57,172 nt of DNA from Actinomycetes bacterium. GTDB lineage: Bacteria > Actinomycetota > Acidimicrobiia > Acidimicrobiales > JAKAOS01. Position 1 is the first letter of the stretch; each line of letters starts with the position of its first letter. The notes beneath the pieces were generated by a model. That model did not search any database and was not told the origin of the DNA. It saw only the letters and a list, made by a program, of their open reading frames with translations. Where the stretch lies: assembly GCA_021791675.1 (NCBI GenBank), contig JAJYWE010000009.1, forward strand, positions 12,329 through 69,500, written 5' to 3'. The position numbers were made by a program, and so were the translations under genes. Below, in pieces: positions 36,777 through 46,097 of the stretch.

Positions 36777-36810
36777 TTGACAACCAGCGTGGAACTTTCT
36801 AACGTTGTAC
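36777..36810 (+). promoter_or_regulatory. candidate sigma-70-type promoter with an overlapping operator-like motif
   Basis: TTGACA (36777-36782), a 17-nt spacer, then TAACGT (36800-36805). ctaacgttgtac (36799-36810) overlaps the -10. It lies 165-170 nt upstream of the SBP start. Confidence 0.45.
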
Positions 36811-36974
36811 AACTCGGACGAACCGGGCGAGAGGGCCTGGAACGGCGCTCGTCCAGATCGGAGTTCGGCGGAGCTTCGGGTCAGGCCGCCGTTCGGACAA
36901 CGGGCCGTCGATCGTCGCCCCATGCAACGTGGGCTGGCGATCACGCTCCGGACCCGCGAAACGAAAGGGGAACC

Positions 36975-38327
36975 ATGGGCAAGCAGAGTCGCCGAGGGGT
37001 GGCCGCGGTGTTGGCCCTGGGCATGCTCACGGCAGCGTGTGCATCGACCAAGTCCGCGACCACGCCAGAGACCTCCTCGAGCTCGGCCAGCTCCACCACG
37101 ACCTCGACCATTGCCGCCGGGGCGTATCACGGCGGCATCAAGATCAGCTACGAGGGGTTCGGCTCCTTCGCCGGCGTGCAGCAGGTGGTGGCCGCATTCA
37201 ACAAGAAGTACAGCGGGAAGTACTACGTGTCGGCGACGGCGGTCCCGTACACCCAGTATGCCGCTCTTCTCTCCTCCGCCCTCTCGTCCCACACTGCGCC
37301 GGACATCTTCTCGGGGTCGTTCACCCCCTCCGTCTACTACACCAGGCTCGGCCTCACCGAGCCGATCACACCCATCCTGGAGGATGGAGGCATCAACCCC
37401 TCGGCGGACTTCCCGGCGAGCGAGTGGAACGCCAAGCTCACGGTGAATGGCGTCCACTACGCAGCCCCTCAGGCAGCGTTCGGTACGGCGCTCTTCTGGA
37501 ACAAGCAGCTGTTCGCCAAGGCAGGCTTGAATCCGAACTCCCCGCCCAAGACCGGGGCGCAGGTCATCGCCGACGCAGAGGCGTTGAAGAAGGCCGGGGT
37601 GAAGTATCCGATCATCCTCGGTGTCGGCAAGGGAACACAGGACTTCTTGTACCCCAGCTTGGTCTATCAGTTCGGTGGGAAGATGGGCAACCCGAGCACC
37701 TGTGCCGCGCTCTTCAACTCGACCGCAGGCGCCAAGGCACTTGCCTGGGAGAAGAGCCTCATCTACACCTACCACGTGGCTCCCGTGGGTCCGTCCACGA
37801 ACGAGGACCTGGCGCAGTTCACTGCGGGGACCGAGGGGATGACGATCCTTCCAGCGATCGACCAGGGAACGTTCCTCAAGTCGATGAGCGAGAAGAAGTT
37901 CGGCACCGATCCATTGCCGGAGATCGGGAACAACCGGGCGGACTTCCTGGGCCAGAACTACATCTGGGTCTTCAAGAACGCTTCCGACAGTGCCAGCAAG
38001 CTGAAGGGCATCGGACTCTTCCTCGGCATGCTCTACCGGGACAGCTCGGTCGCCTTGGCTGTTCAAGGCGGTGTCGTGCCCTCCTACAAGCCAGTCCTCA
38101 CCGACTCGCAGGTCACGAGCGGGCCCTACTTCCAGGAGCAGGACGCGATGGTCCACACGGGGGTGCTGAATCCTGCCATCCCGAACTGGGGGACGGTGAC
38201 GGCAGTCCCGTTGTATGACTACGTGGAGAACGCGCTGCTGAACCGCCAGTCCATCAGTGCTGCCCTGGCCGAGGCAGAGGTCAAGACGAACGAGCTCACG
38301 TCAACCCTGCCCGGCTGCACGAAGTGA
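36975..38327 (+). CDS. sugar ABC transporter substrate-binding lipoprotein
   Basis: ATG 36975 follows GAAAGGGGAA. Signal plus lipobox GMLTAAC, and extracellular solute-binding family 1-like sequence. Confidence 0.85.
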   Translation: MGKQSRRGVAAVLALGMLTAACASTKSATTPETSSSSASSTTTSTIAAGAYHGGIKISYEGFGSFAGVQQVVAAFNKKYSGKYYVSATAVPYTQYAALLSSALSSHTAPDIFSGSFTPSVYYTRLGLTEPITPILEDGGINPSADFPASEWNAKLTVNGVHYAAPQAAFGTALFWNKQLFAKAGLNPNSPPKTGAQVIADAEALKKAGVKYPIILGVGKGTQDFLYPSLVYQFGGKMGNPSTCAALFNSTAGAKALAWEKSLIYTYHVAPVGPSTNEDLAQFTAGTEGMTILPAIDQGTFLKSMSEKKFGTDPLPEIGNNRADFLGQNYIWVFKNASDSASKLKGIGLFLGMLYRDSSVALAVQGGVVPSYKPVLTDSQVTSGPYFQEQDAMVHTGVLNPAIPNWGTVTAVPLYDYVENALLNRQSISAALAEAEVKTNELTSTLPGCTK

Positions 38328-38635
38328 GCGCCACTCGGTGAGCTCCGAGATGGCTCGGCATCGAGCGCCGTGTCTTCTCGAGCGTGGCCGCGGGCCATCG
38401 CGAGTCCGGTGTCCCCGGGAGTCGGGCCGTGCGGCTCTCACCCCGGCCGCCAGCAGTCCGCCGGCTGGGCCAGTCGAGGGAGAGTTGACCGCCAGGGCGG
38501 GGTTTCCGGGCCAGTCGGGCGACCGGAGCTCGGGCCCGGGGAGGGTGAGCGGTGTGGTCTGGCGACCGGCACCGGGGACGACAGGAGAGACGGGGTGCCG
38601 AGGGGGAGAGGGGTGGTCGATGTGAGGACGAAGCC

Positions 38636-39589
38636 GTGAGCCTGCTCGAGCAAGTGGGGCCGGGCGCAGCTCCCGGATCTGGCGGGCCCGCTGTCGTGGC
38701 GAGGGTGGCACGGGCCAGCTCCAGGAGGAGGCTCCGACAGGACCTTGCGTCCTACCTCTTCCTGTCCCCCTACCTCCTCGCCTTCCTGGTCTTCACCGTG
38801 GTACCGGTGGGCTTCGGTATCTACGTGTCGCTCCACAAGTGGAGTGAGGTGTCCGGCGACCAGGGCTTCGTCGGGCTCGGGAACTACGCGGCACTGCTGT
38901 CCGGGAAGGGCTACTACGGCAGCGAGTTCTTCGAGAGCATGGCGAACACGCTCATCTTCGTCGTGATCTCGGTGCCCTTCCTCTGGGCTATTCCCACGAT
39001 ATTGGCTTACCTGGTGTCTCGCGCTCCAGCGAAGCCACTGTGGCGAATGCTGTTCTTCTATCCGGCCGTGTTCTCAGCGACCGCGTTCTCTACCGTCTGG
39101 AGCTATCTGCTCGCCACGAACGGTGGCTCGGTGAACACCCTGTTCCATGTGAACGTCCAGTGGCTGACGAGCCTTCCTGAGGCTTGGATCTCCCTCGACG
39201 TCGCGACGATCTGGGCCACCATGGGGTTCAACTTCATCATCATGTACGCAGGGGTGACCCAGGTACCGAAGTCGACGATGGAGGCGGCCGAGCTCGACGG
39301 CGCGGGGGCGTGGGCTCGACTCCGACGGGTTGTCTTACCCCAGCTCCGGCCGGTCTCGGTCGTCGTCGTCGTGATCAGCACCATCGCCTCGTTCAATCTC
39401 TTCGCCCAATCGTTGATCATGACCGGAGGAGGGCCGGGCACGTCGACAACGACCATTTCGATGGCGATCTACCAGGAGGCGTTCAACAGCTTCAACGCCG
39501 GCACGGCGACGGCGATGGCCTTCCTCTTGGCGATCGTGCTCGCGGTCATCGCCCTGGCTCAGTACCGGTTCGCCTTGAGGAGGAGTTGA
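38636..39589 (+). CDS. sugar ABC transporter permease (MalF-like)
   Basis: YLFLSPYLLAFLVF and the EAA-loop region EAAELDGAGAWARLRRVVLPQL. Start uncertain; GTG 38636 is in frame in track ORF 38552-39589. Confidence 0.85.
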   Translation: MSLLEQVGPGAAPGSGGPAVVARVARASSRRRLRQDLASYLFLSPYLLAFLVFTVVPVGFGIYVSLHKWSEVSGDQGFVGLGNYAALLSGKGYYGSEFFESMANTLIFVVISVPFLWAIPTILAYLVSRAPAKPLWRMLFFYPAVFSATAFSTVWSYLLATNGGSVNTLFHVNVQWLTSLPEAWISLDVATIWATMGFNFIIMYAGVTQVPKSTMEAAELDGAGAWARLRRVVLPQLRPVSVVVVVISTIASFNLFAQSLIMTGGGPGTSTTTISMAIYQEAFNSFNAGTATAMAFLLAIVLAVIALAQYRFALRRS

Positions 39590-39590
39590 G

Positions 39591-40499
39591 ATGGCCACCG
39601 ATCTCTCGACTGCGCCCGCCCGTGACGAAGGATCGCCCGCTCGGGTCGCGTCACCGACTATCCACCGTCGGCGCCTTCGACCGAGCAAGGTCGCGCTCGT
39701 CGGGAGCCTGGCCGTGGTCGGGCTCGTCATGCTCTTCCCCGCGCTCTGGGTCCTCACGACCGCCTTTGCACCGCGAACCGAGCAAGCGAGCGGGGCCATC
39801 ATCCCGGCGGCGCTGTCGCTCTACAACTTCCACTTCCTGTTCTCACTCCCGGCCAACGAATACCCGGTCTTGCGTTGGCTGGAGAACTCGATCGGCGTGT
39901 CGGCGGTTGCCGCCGTTGCCGTGGCGACGATAGACTCACTGGCTGCCTTTGCCCTGGCTCGCCTGAACTTCCGAGGGCAGAAGGTGATGTTCTACATCGT
40001 CATCAGCTCACTCATGGTGCCGTTCATCGCGATCCTTCTCCCGCTCTACCTCGAGTTCTCGAAGCTTGGGCTCCTGAATACGTATGGAGCATTGATTCTC
40101 CCATATACCTCCAACGCCTTCGGTATCTTTCTTCTCTATCAATTCTTCCGGGCGGTCCCCCAGGAGCTCCAGGATGCAGCCGTCGCCGACGGCGCCACGC
40201 GCTTCGACCTCTGGAGGAAGATCTTCTTGCCCTTGAGCCTCTCCATAACGGTGACACTGGCTCTGCTCACGTTCATGAACGTCTACAATGACTTCTTCTG
40301 GCCGCTCGTCTCTACCTCTTCGGCCTCTATGCGGACCATAACGGTGGGTATAGAACTGACGACGGTGGGACAGTACACGACCAACTACACCGCCCTCATG
40401 GCCCTGACGGTGTTCTCGGTGATTCCGATGCTCTTGGCCTTCGTATTCGCCCAGAGGCGTCTGGTGGAGGGTATCAGCTTTGCTGGTATCACTGGCTGA
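39591..40499 (+). CDS. sugar ABC transporter permease (MalG-like)
   Basis: ATG lies 1 nt after the upstream stop. EAA-loop region DAAVADGATRFDLWRKIFLPL. The 3' half is markedly AT-richer (40081-40140 has 27/60 G+C). Confidence 0.88.
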   Translation: MATDLSTAPARDEGSPARVASPTIHRRRLRPSKVALVGSLAVVGLVMLFPALWVLTTAFAPRTEQASGAIIPAALSLYNFHFLFSLPANEYPVLRWLENSIGVSAVAAVAVATIDSLAAFALARLNFRGQKVMFYIVISSLMVPFIAILLPLYLEFSKLGLLNTYGALILPYTSNAFGIFLLYQFFRAVPQELQDAAVADGATRFDLWRKIFLPLSLSITVTLALLTFMNVYNDFFWPLVSTSSASMRTITVGIELTTVGQYTTNYTALMALTVFSVIPMLLAFVFAQRRLVEGISFAGITG

Positions 40500-40546
40500 G
40501 CCGGCGTAGCCGACAGTCAAGGGCAAGCGGCGAGGAAGGGAGCAAC

Positions 40547-42559
40547 GTGTCGCCAGAAGACCTCGATCGCGTCGTCGAAGCCGGCTATCCACGGCCGCAA
40601 ATGGTGCGCAACGAGTGGGTTCCGCTCGACGGGGAGTGGGGGTTCGCCTTCGATGATCGAGGGGTCGGTCGCGAGGAACGGTGGTGGGATGGCCGATCGG
40701 ACCCCTTCGACCGCAGGATCGTGGTCCCGTATCCGCCGGAGTCGGAGCTGTCCGGCGTCGGGGAGCGGGGGTTCCACCCGGTCGTGTGGTACCGGCGAGC
40801 CGCCCCCGTCCCGGTCCGGGAAGTGGGCGAGCGCCTCCTGCTCCACTTCGGGGCGGTGGACTACCGAGCGACCGTTTGGGTGAACGGCGTCCTCGTCGGC
40901 AGTCACGAGGGAGGCCACACTTCCTTCGAGCTCGACGCGAGCGACGCGGTGCCTCCGGCCGCCGCGCCCCGGCCCGCTGCGACGACGGTCTCGGGGGGGG
41001 CGACCCCTCCGGATCGCAGCACCGCCATCATCGTCGTCCGGGCCGAGGACGATCCCGAGGACGTCCACCAGCCGAGGGGGAAGCAGGACTGGCGAGCCAC
41101 CCCCCACCGGATCTGGTATCACCGGACGACGGGTATCTGGCAGCCCGTCTGGTGGGAAGTCGTCCCCCGTTGCCACATCCAGGAGCTCACGTGGGAGGTC
41201 AGCACGGACACGGCCACCGTGCTCGCGACGGTGGCGCTCTCCATCCCCCCTCCCCGTGGGTCGCGACTCCGCCTGCGGCTGTGGCACGGATCCGAACTGC
41301 TGGCCGATCACTCCCAGGTCGCGCGCGGGCGTCACCACTCCTTGCGCGTGAGCGTGCCCGCGGCCGAGAACGCCTGGGATGTCGAGCGCCTCGAGTGGTC
41401 GCCCGCCTCACCGACGCTGCTCGGCGCGCAGGTCGAGCTGGCCCACGCGGGCAACGAACGTGGCGACGGCGCCGAGGCGAGCACTGCCCTCCTCGACAGC
41501 GTCGACTCCTATCTCGGCTGGCGTCGTGTCGCCGCCACGGAAGGGCGCTTCTTGTTGAACGGCCGGCCGCAGTTCCTCCGCATGGCCCTGGCGCAGGGAT
41601 ACTGGCGCGAGTCGCACCTCGCGGCTCCGAGCGGGGCTGATCTCCGTCGGGAAGTGGAGCTCGCCATCCGGTTGGGCTTCAACGGGGTGCGGGTACACCA
41701 GAAGGTGGAGGATCCGAGGTTTCTGTACTGGGCGGACCGGCTCGGGCTGATGGTGTGGGAGGAGATGCCGAGCGCCGGGGCATTCTCCGAGCGTGCCGCC
41801 CGGCGTCTCCTTGCGGAGTGGCAGGAGGTGGTGCGCCGGGACCGTAGCCACCCCTGTATCACCGCCTGGGTGCCGCTCAACGAGAGTTGGGGCGTGCCCG
41901 CCCTCGCCGACCAGCCGGCCCAGCGCCACCTCGCGGCGTCGCTCTACCACCTGACGCACGCGCTCGACCCCACTCGGCCCGTGATCTCGAACGACGGATG
42001 GGAGCACGTCGACAGCGACATCTGGACCGTCCACGACTACACCCCGAGTGGCGCCAGCATCCGCGAGCGCTACGGCGACCGCCGGGCGGTCACGACCACC
42101 CTGGCGGAGCGCTGGCCAGGACCCAGGCGTCTGGTGCTTGCCGGGGCGCCCGAGCGTGGCCAGCCCGTCATGCTCACGGAGTTCGGTGGGTTCACCTACT
42201 CCCCGGCCGGCGATCACGCGTGGCTGGCGTACGGGACCGTCCAGTCCGCCGACGAGTTCGCGAACAGGCTCGCCGAACTGTTCGGCGCAGTGGCCGACTC
42301 GGAGGCGCTGGCCGGCTTCTGCTACACCCAGCTCACCGATACCGAGCAGGAGCAGAACGGCCTCCTCTTCGCAGATCGGCGCCCAAAGCTCCCCTTTGAA
42401 CAGGTCAAGGCTCTCGTGAATCGGCCCTCTCGGGCGATCCCGGCCGAGGAGGTGGCTGCCGCCCGTCGGCCCCCGTCCCACCCCTGGGACGGCGCCAGCC
42501 CTCGGCCGGATGCCGACTCGCCGAGCGCTGGCTCGAGCTCAGGTCGCCTGCCGGGCTGA
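40547..42559 (+). CDS. glycoside hydrolase family 2 protein
   Basis: GH2 sugar-binding block LHFGAVDYRATVWVNGVLVGSHEGGHTSFELD. TIM-barrel acid/base WVPLNESWG and nucleophile region VMLTEFGG. Confidence 0.85.
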   Translation: MSPEDLDRVVEAGYPRPQMVRNEWVPLDGEWGFAFDDRGVGREERWWDGRSDPFDRRIVVPYPPESELSGVGERGFHPVVWYRRAAPVPVREVGERLLLHFGAVDYRATVWVNGVLVGSHEGGHTSFELDASDAVPPAAAPRPAATTVSGGATPPDRSTAIIVVRAEDDPEDVHQPRGKQDWRATPHRIWYHRTTGIWQPVWWEVVPRCHIQELTWEVSTDTATVLATVALSIPPPRGSRLRLRLWHGSELLADHSQVARGRHHSLRVSVPAAENAWDVERLEWSPASPTLLGAQVELAHAGNERGDGAEASTALLDSVDSYLGWRRVAATEGRFLLNGRPQFLRMALAQGYWRESHLAAPSGADLRREVELAIRLGFNGVRVHQKVEDPRFLYWADRLGLMVWEEMPSAGAFSERAARRLLAEWQEVVRRDRSHPCITAWVPLNESWGVPALADQPAQRHLAASLYHLTHALDPTRPVISNDGWEHVDSDIWTVHDYTPSGASIRERYGDRRAVTTTLAERWPGPRRLVLAGAPERGQPVMLTEFGGFTYSPAGDHAWLAYGTVQSADEFANRLAELFGAVADSEALAGFCYTQLTDTEQEQNGLLFADRRPKLPFEQVKALVNRPSRAIPAEEVAAARRPPSHPWDGASPRPDADSPSAGSSSGRLPG

Positions 42560-42735
42560 GGTGGGTGCGGCTCTCCTCCCGCGGCCGAGAGTGGGCGAGG
42601 CATGGCAGCCGGAGTGCTCGATGCCGGGCCACGCCGACTTGCGGGAAGAGCGAACCGGCCCAGCCCAACGCAGCGGAGCGCTCCGAAGGACCGCTGGAGG
42701 GCGCTGACCTCTCCGGAGTGGACTGGGCCCGATCA

Positions 42736-42990
42736 CCTCTTGCCGAGGCGCTCCCCGGGGCCCACCTGCGCATCGGACTGCACATCCGAGCGCCCCCGCC
42801 GGCCCGCGAACGGGCAGCGCTTCGTCGACTCTCGGGTCCGCTGGCACGTCCGGTCGCTGCAGACTCTGCCGGCTGGCGCGCTCGCGGTCAGGCGCCGTTC
42901 GCTCCTCGAGCAGGCGTGACCCGAGGAGCGGACCCACCCACCGCTCGATCCCTCGTGCCGGTGCTCGTGGCGGAGCGTGACCTGGCTCGG
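42736..42990. repeat. right copy of the ~230-bp direct repeat flanking the sugar cassette
   Basis: See 35233-35465. Same orientation, with cores 7523 bp apart. Confidence 0.85.
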
Positions 42991-43111
42991 TGAGTGGGGG
43001 GCTCGTAGCGTGGCCTCTTCCGCAGTCCGAGAGGCTCGCCGTTCGCCTCCCGTCGCCGGCTCGAGCCGCGACGGGAGACTGACGGCCTCGCCCGAGTGAG
43101 AGGAGGATGGG

Positions 43112-43570
43112 ATGTCGTCAGACGAGGGAGGAGTTCGTCCCGAGGAGGGGACGGCCGGAGGGAGTGCGAGCGCAGGGTCGGACCCGACGGGCTCGCTCGT
43201 CGACCTGGCGCTTCCGCAGAGCCGCCTCGACAAGGCGCTCCAGCGCGTGCCGCAGGTGCTCGCGAGCAAGCCACACGTGATCCTGCTCATGGTGCTCGGG
43301 ATCTACCTGGTCGTGCTGCCGTTGTTCGGGGTCAAGGTGAGCGCGGGGGCGGAGCTGATCGGCGGGAACTACACCAACGTCACGAGTGACATCGGTGCCT
43401 GCATCGCGGCCGGCGGCACGCTCCACCTGGTGCGCCAGTCCAAGCAGCGTCACCGGATGGAGGCCGAGCGGCTCCGCCTCGCCCGCGAGACGCACCGGCT
43501 CCTGCACCGTGCCCATCCGGAGCTCGCACGGGAGCTCGGTCAGGAGCCGGACCCCGGTGCGGGCGACTGA
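43112..43570 (+). CDS. small membrane protein, unknown function
   Basis: ATG 43112 follows GAGAGGAGGA. Two predicted TM segments (HVILLMVLGIYLVVLPLFGV, DIGACIAAGGTLHLV) and an Arg-rich helical tail. Confidence 0.55.
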   Translation: MSSDEGGVRPEEGTAGGSASAGSDPTGSLVDLALPQSRLDKALQRVPQVLASKPHVILLMVLGIYLVVLPLFGVKVSAGAELIGGNYTNVTSDIGACIAAGGTLHLVRQSKQRHRMEAERLRLARETHRLLHRAHPELARELGQEPDPGAGD

Positions 43571-43609
43571 CACCCGGCGGTGGGCCCGGGTGTTCCGTAT
43601 GCTGGGCCC

Positions 43610-45190
43610 ATGGTGGGCGACCGGCGGGTAACGGACTCCGGCATCGAGATCCGGCCGTGCTACGGCCCGGCGGACCTGGCCGGTTTCGATGCGGAGGCGA
43701 GGCTCGGCGCTCCGGGCGAGCCGCCCTTCACCCGGGGCGTCTACCCCGAGATGTACCGGCGCCGGCCCTGGACGATGCGACAGTACGCGGGCTTCGGGAC
43801 GGCCGAGGCAACGAACGAGCGCTTCCGGTTCCTGCTCGAGGCCGGCCAGACCGGCCTGAGCTGTGCGTTCGACCTGCCCACCCAGATGGGCTACGACTCC
43901 GACCACCCCCGCGCCGAGGGCGAGGTCGGCAAGGTCGGTGTCGCGATCGACTCGCTCGCGGACATGCGGCTCCTGCTCGCCGGCCTCCCCCTCGATCGCG
44001 TCACGACCTCGATGACCATCAACGCGACGGCTTCGATCCTCCTGCTGCTCTACCAACTCGTCGCCGAGGAGCAGGGTGTTGCGCCCGAGCGCCTCGGCGG
44101 GACCGTCCAGAACGACATCCTGAAGGAGTACATCGCCCGGGGCACCTACATCTACCCGCCCCGGCCCTCGATGCGACTGGTGACCGACACGTTCGCCTAC
44201 TGCGCGCGCGTGCTGCCCCGGTGGAACTCGATCTCGATCTCCGGCTACCACATCCGTGAGGCGGGCTCCACCGCGGTCCAGGAGGTGGCCTTCACCCTCG
44301 CCAACGGGATCGCCTACGTCGAAGCGGCGCTCGCCGCGGGCCTCGCCGTGGACGAGTTCGCGCCGCGGCTCAGCTTCTTCTGGAACGCGCACAACCATCT
44401 CTTCGAGGAGGTGGCCAAGTTCCGAGCCGCTCGGCGCATGTGGCACGCGATCATGACCGACCGGTTCGGCGCGAAGGACCCCCGCTCGGCGATGCTCCGC
44501 TTCCACACCCAGACCGGTGGATCGACCCTCACTGCACAGCAGCCGGAGCTGAACCTGGTGCGCGTGGCGATCCAGGGCCTCTCCGCGGTCCTCGGCGGCA
44601 CGCAGAGCCTGCACACGAACGGCTTCGACGAGGCACTCGGGCTCCCGACCGAGCGGGCGGCGCGCCTGGCGCTGCGGACCCAGCAGGTGCTGGCCTTCGA
44701 GTCCGGCGTCACCGACACCGTGGACCCGCTCGCCGGGTCGTACTTCGTCGAGTCGCTCACCGACGCCGTCGAGGAGGGGGCCTGGACCTACCTCGCCCGG
44801 ATCGACGAGCTGGGCGGTGCCGTCGCGGCGATCGAGGCGGGCTACCAGGCCGGAGAGATCGACCAGGCCGCCTACGACTTCGCCAAGGCGGTCGAGTCCG
44901 GGGAGAAGGTGGTCGTCGGGGTGAACCGTTTCGCCGAGCAGGAGCCGACGGCGACCGAGGTCTTCCCCGTCGACGCCGCGCTCCAGCGTGCCCAGGTCGC
45001 CCGGGTGCGATCGGTGCGGGCGGAGCGCGACCAGGTGGGGGTCGACGCCGCGCTCGCGGATCTCGCCGCAGCGGCCCGGGGGACGCAGAACCTGCTCGAT
45101 CCGATGAAGGTCGCCCTGGCGCGTCTCGCGACGCTCGGGGAGGTCTCGGACGTGCTCCGTGCCGCCTTCGGAGTCCACCAGGGCGGCTGA
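43610..45190 (+). CDS. methylmalonyl-CoA mutase family, catalytic (substrate-binding) subunit without a B12-binding domain
   Basis: [61 protein letters not shown]. About 526 aa, ending before any DxHxxG B12 domain. Confidence 0.9.
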   Translation: MVGDRRVTDSGIEIRPCYGPADLAGFDAEARLGAPGEPPFTRGVYPEMYRRRPWTMRQYAGFGTAEATNERFRFLLEAGQTGLSCAFDLPTQMGYDSDHPRAEGEVGKVGVAIDSLADMRLLLAGLPLDRVTTSMTINATASILLLLYQLVAEEQGVAPERLGGTVQNDILKEYIARGTYIYPPRPSMRLVTDTFAYCARVLPRWNSISISGYHIREAGSTAVQEVAFTLANGIAYVEAALAAGLAVDEFAPRLSFFWNAHNHLFEEVAKFRAARRMWHAIMTDRFGAKDPRSAMLRFHTQTGGSTLTAQQPELNLVRVAIQGLSAVLGGTQSLHTNGFDEALGLPTERAARLALRTQQVLAFESGVTDTVDPLAGSYFVESLTDAVEEGAWTYLARIDELGGAVAAIEAGYQAGEIDQAAYDFAKAVESGEKVVVGVNRFAEQEPTATEVFPVDAALQRAQVARVRSVRAERDQVGVDAALADLAAAARGTQNLLDPMKVALARLATLGEVSDVLRAAFGVHQGG

Positions 45191-45269
45191 GGGCACGCCC
45201 GCCCGCCGGGGGGCTGCGGCTCGGCGGGTGTGTCGCGTGTCGCGGGTGGTCGCCTCCGGCTCCTGCCGG

Positions 45270-46097
45270 TCAGCGGCCCTCGGCGACCCGGGTGATGTAG
45301 GTGAGCGCCACGAAGGAGCGGTAGAGCGCCCGGAGGTCGTCGCCCTCGATCGCCACGCTGCGGAGCCCCGAACGCTCGACGCCCTTCACCCAGGTCGCAA
45401 CCTCGGCCATGTCGGCCGTCTGGAGGTGGACCTCGAGGTGAGCCGGCGTCGGCACGGCGGGCGGGGCGAGGGACGGGGCCGCAGCGACCGCCCGGCTGGC
45501 TGCCTCCCGGATGCGCCGGCGCGCGACGGCGGGGTGGAGGTTCGACGCAGCAAGACGGGTGATCGACTCCTTGACCTGGACGAGCTCGGCGCCCGGGAAG
45601 AGCCCCTCCGCCTCCGCGAGGGTCACGGCGTCCCCGCTCACGAGTGCGACCGGCACGCCCGCTGCCGCTGCAGCGAGGGCGTTGATCCCGCTCTCGCCGA
45701 CGTGACGGCCCTCCAGGGTCACGCCGCTCACGACGGCCGGGTTGTAGGTGTGCGAGAGGGTGGACGCTTCCCCGGAGATGGAACCGTGGTAGCCGACGAA
45801 GAAGATCGACTCGAAGCTGTCGTCGAGGCCCTCCATCATGTAGCCCGGCTTGTGTCGCCCCGTGATCGAGGTCGCCTCGCCGTGCAGCGCCTCGGGGTCG
45901 AGGTTCGCCATCGCGCCGTGGGAGTCGTTGCAGACGATCTCGGTCGCACCGGCGTCGATCGCCCCGTCGATGGCCGCGTTGACCTCGCCGAGCAGCAGCC
46001 GCCGGCCGAGGTCGTAGCCGGCCGCCCCGGGCCGGCACTGGTCCCAGTCGACGATCCCCGCCACGCCCTCCATGTCGAACGACACGAACACCTTCAC
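45270..46097 (-). CDS. M55 family D-aminopeptidase (DppA-like)
   Basis: GTG 46097 follows GAGGAGAG. The N-terminal VKVFVSFDMEGVAGI block plus CNDSHG are typical of the family. The upstream part of track ORF 45270-47114 is the shadow of another gene. Confidence 0.82.
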   Translation of the reverse strand: MKVFVSFDMEGVAGIVDWDQCRPGAAGYDLGRRLLLGEVNAAIDGAIDAGATEIVCNDSHGAMANLDPEALHGEATSITGRHKPGYMMEGLDDSFESIFFVGYHGSISGEASTLSHTYNPAVVSGVTLEGRHVGESGINALAAAAAGVPVALVSGDAVTLAEAEGLFPGAELVQVKESITRLAASNLHPAVARRRIREAASRAVAAAPSLAPPAVPTPAHLEVHLQTADMAEVATWVKGVERSGLRSVAIEGDDLRALYRSFVALTYITRVAEGR

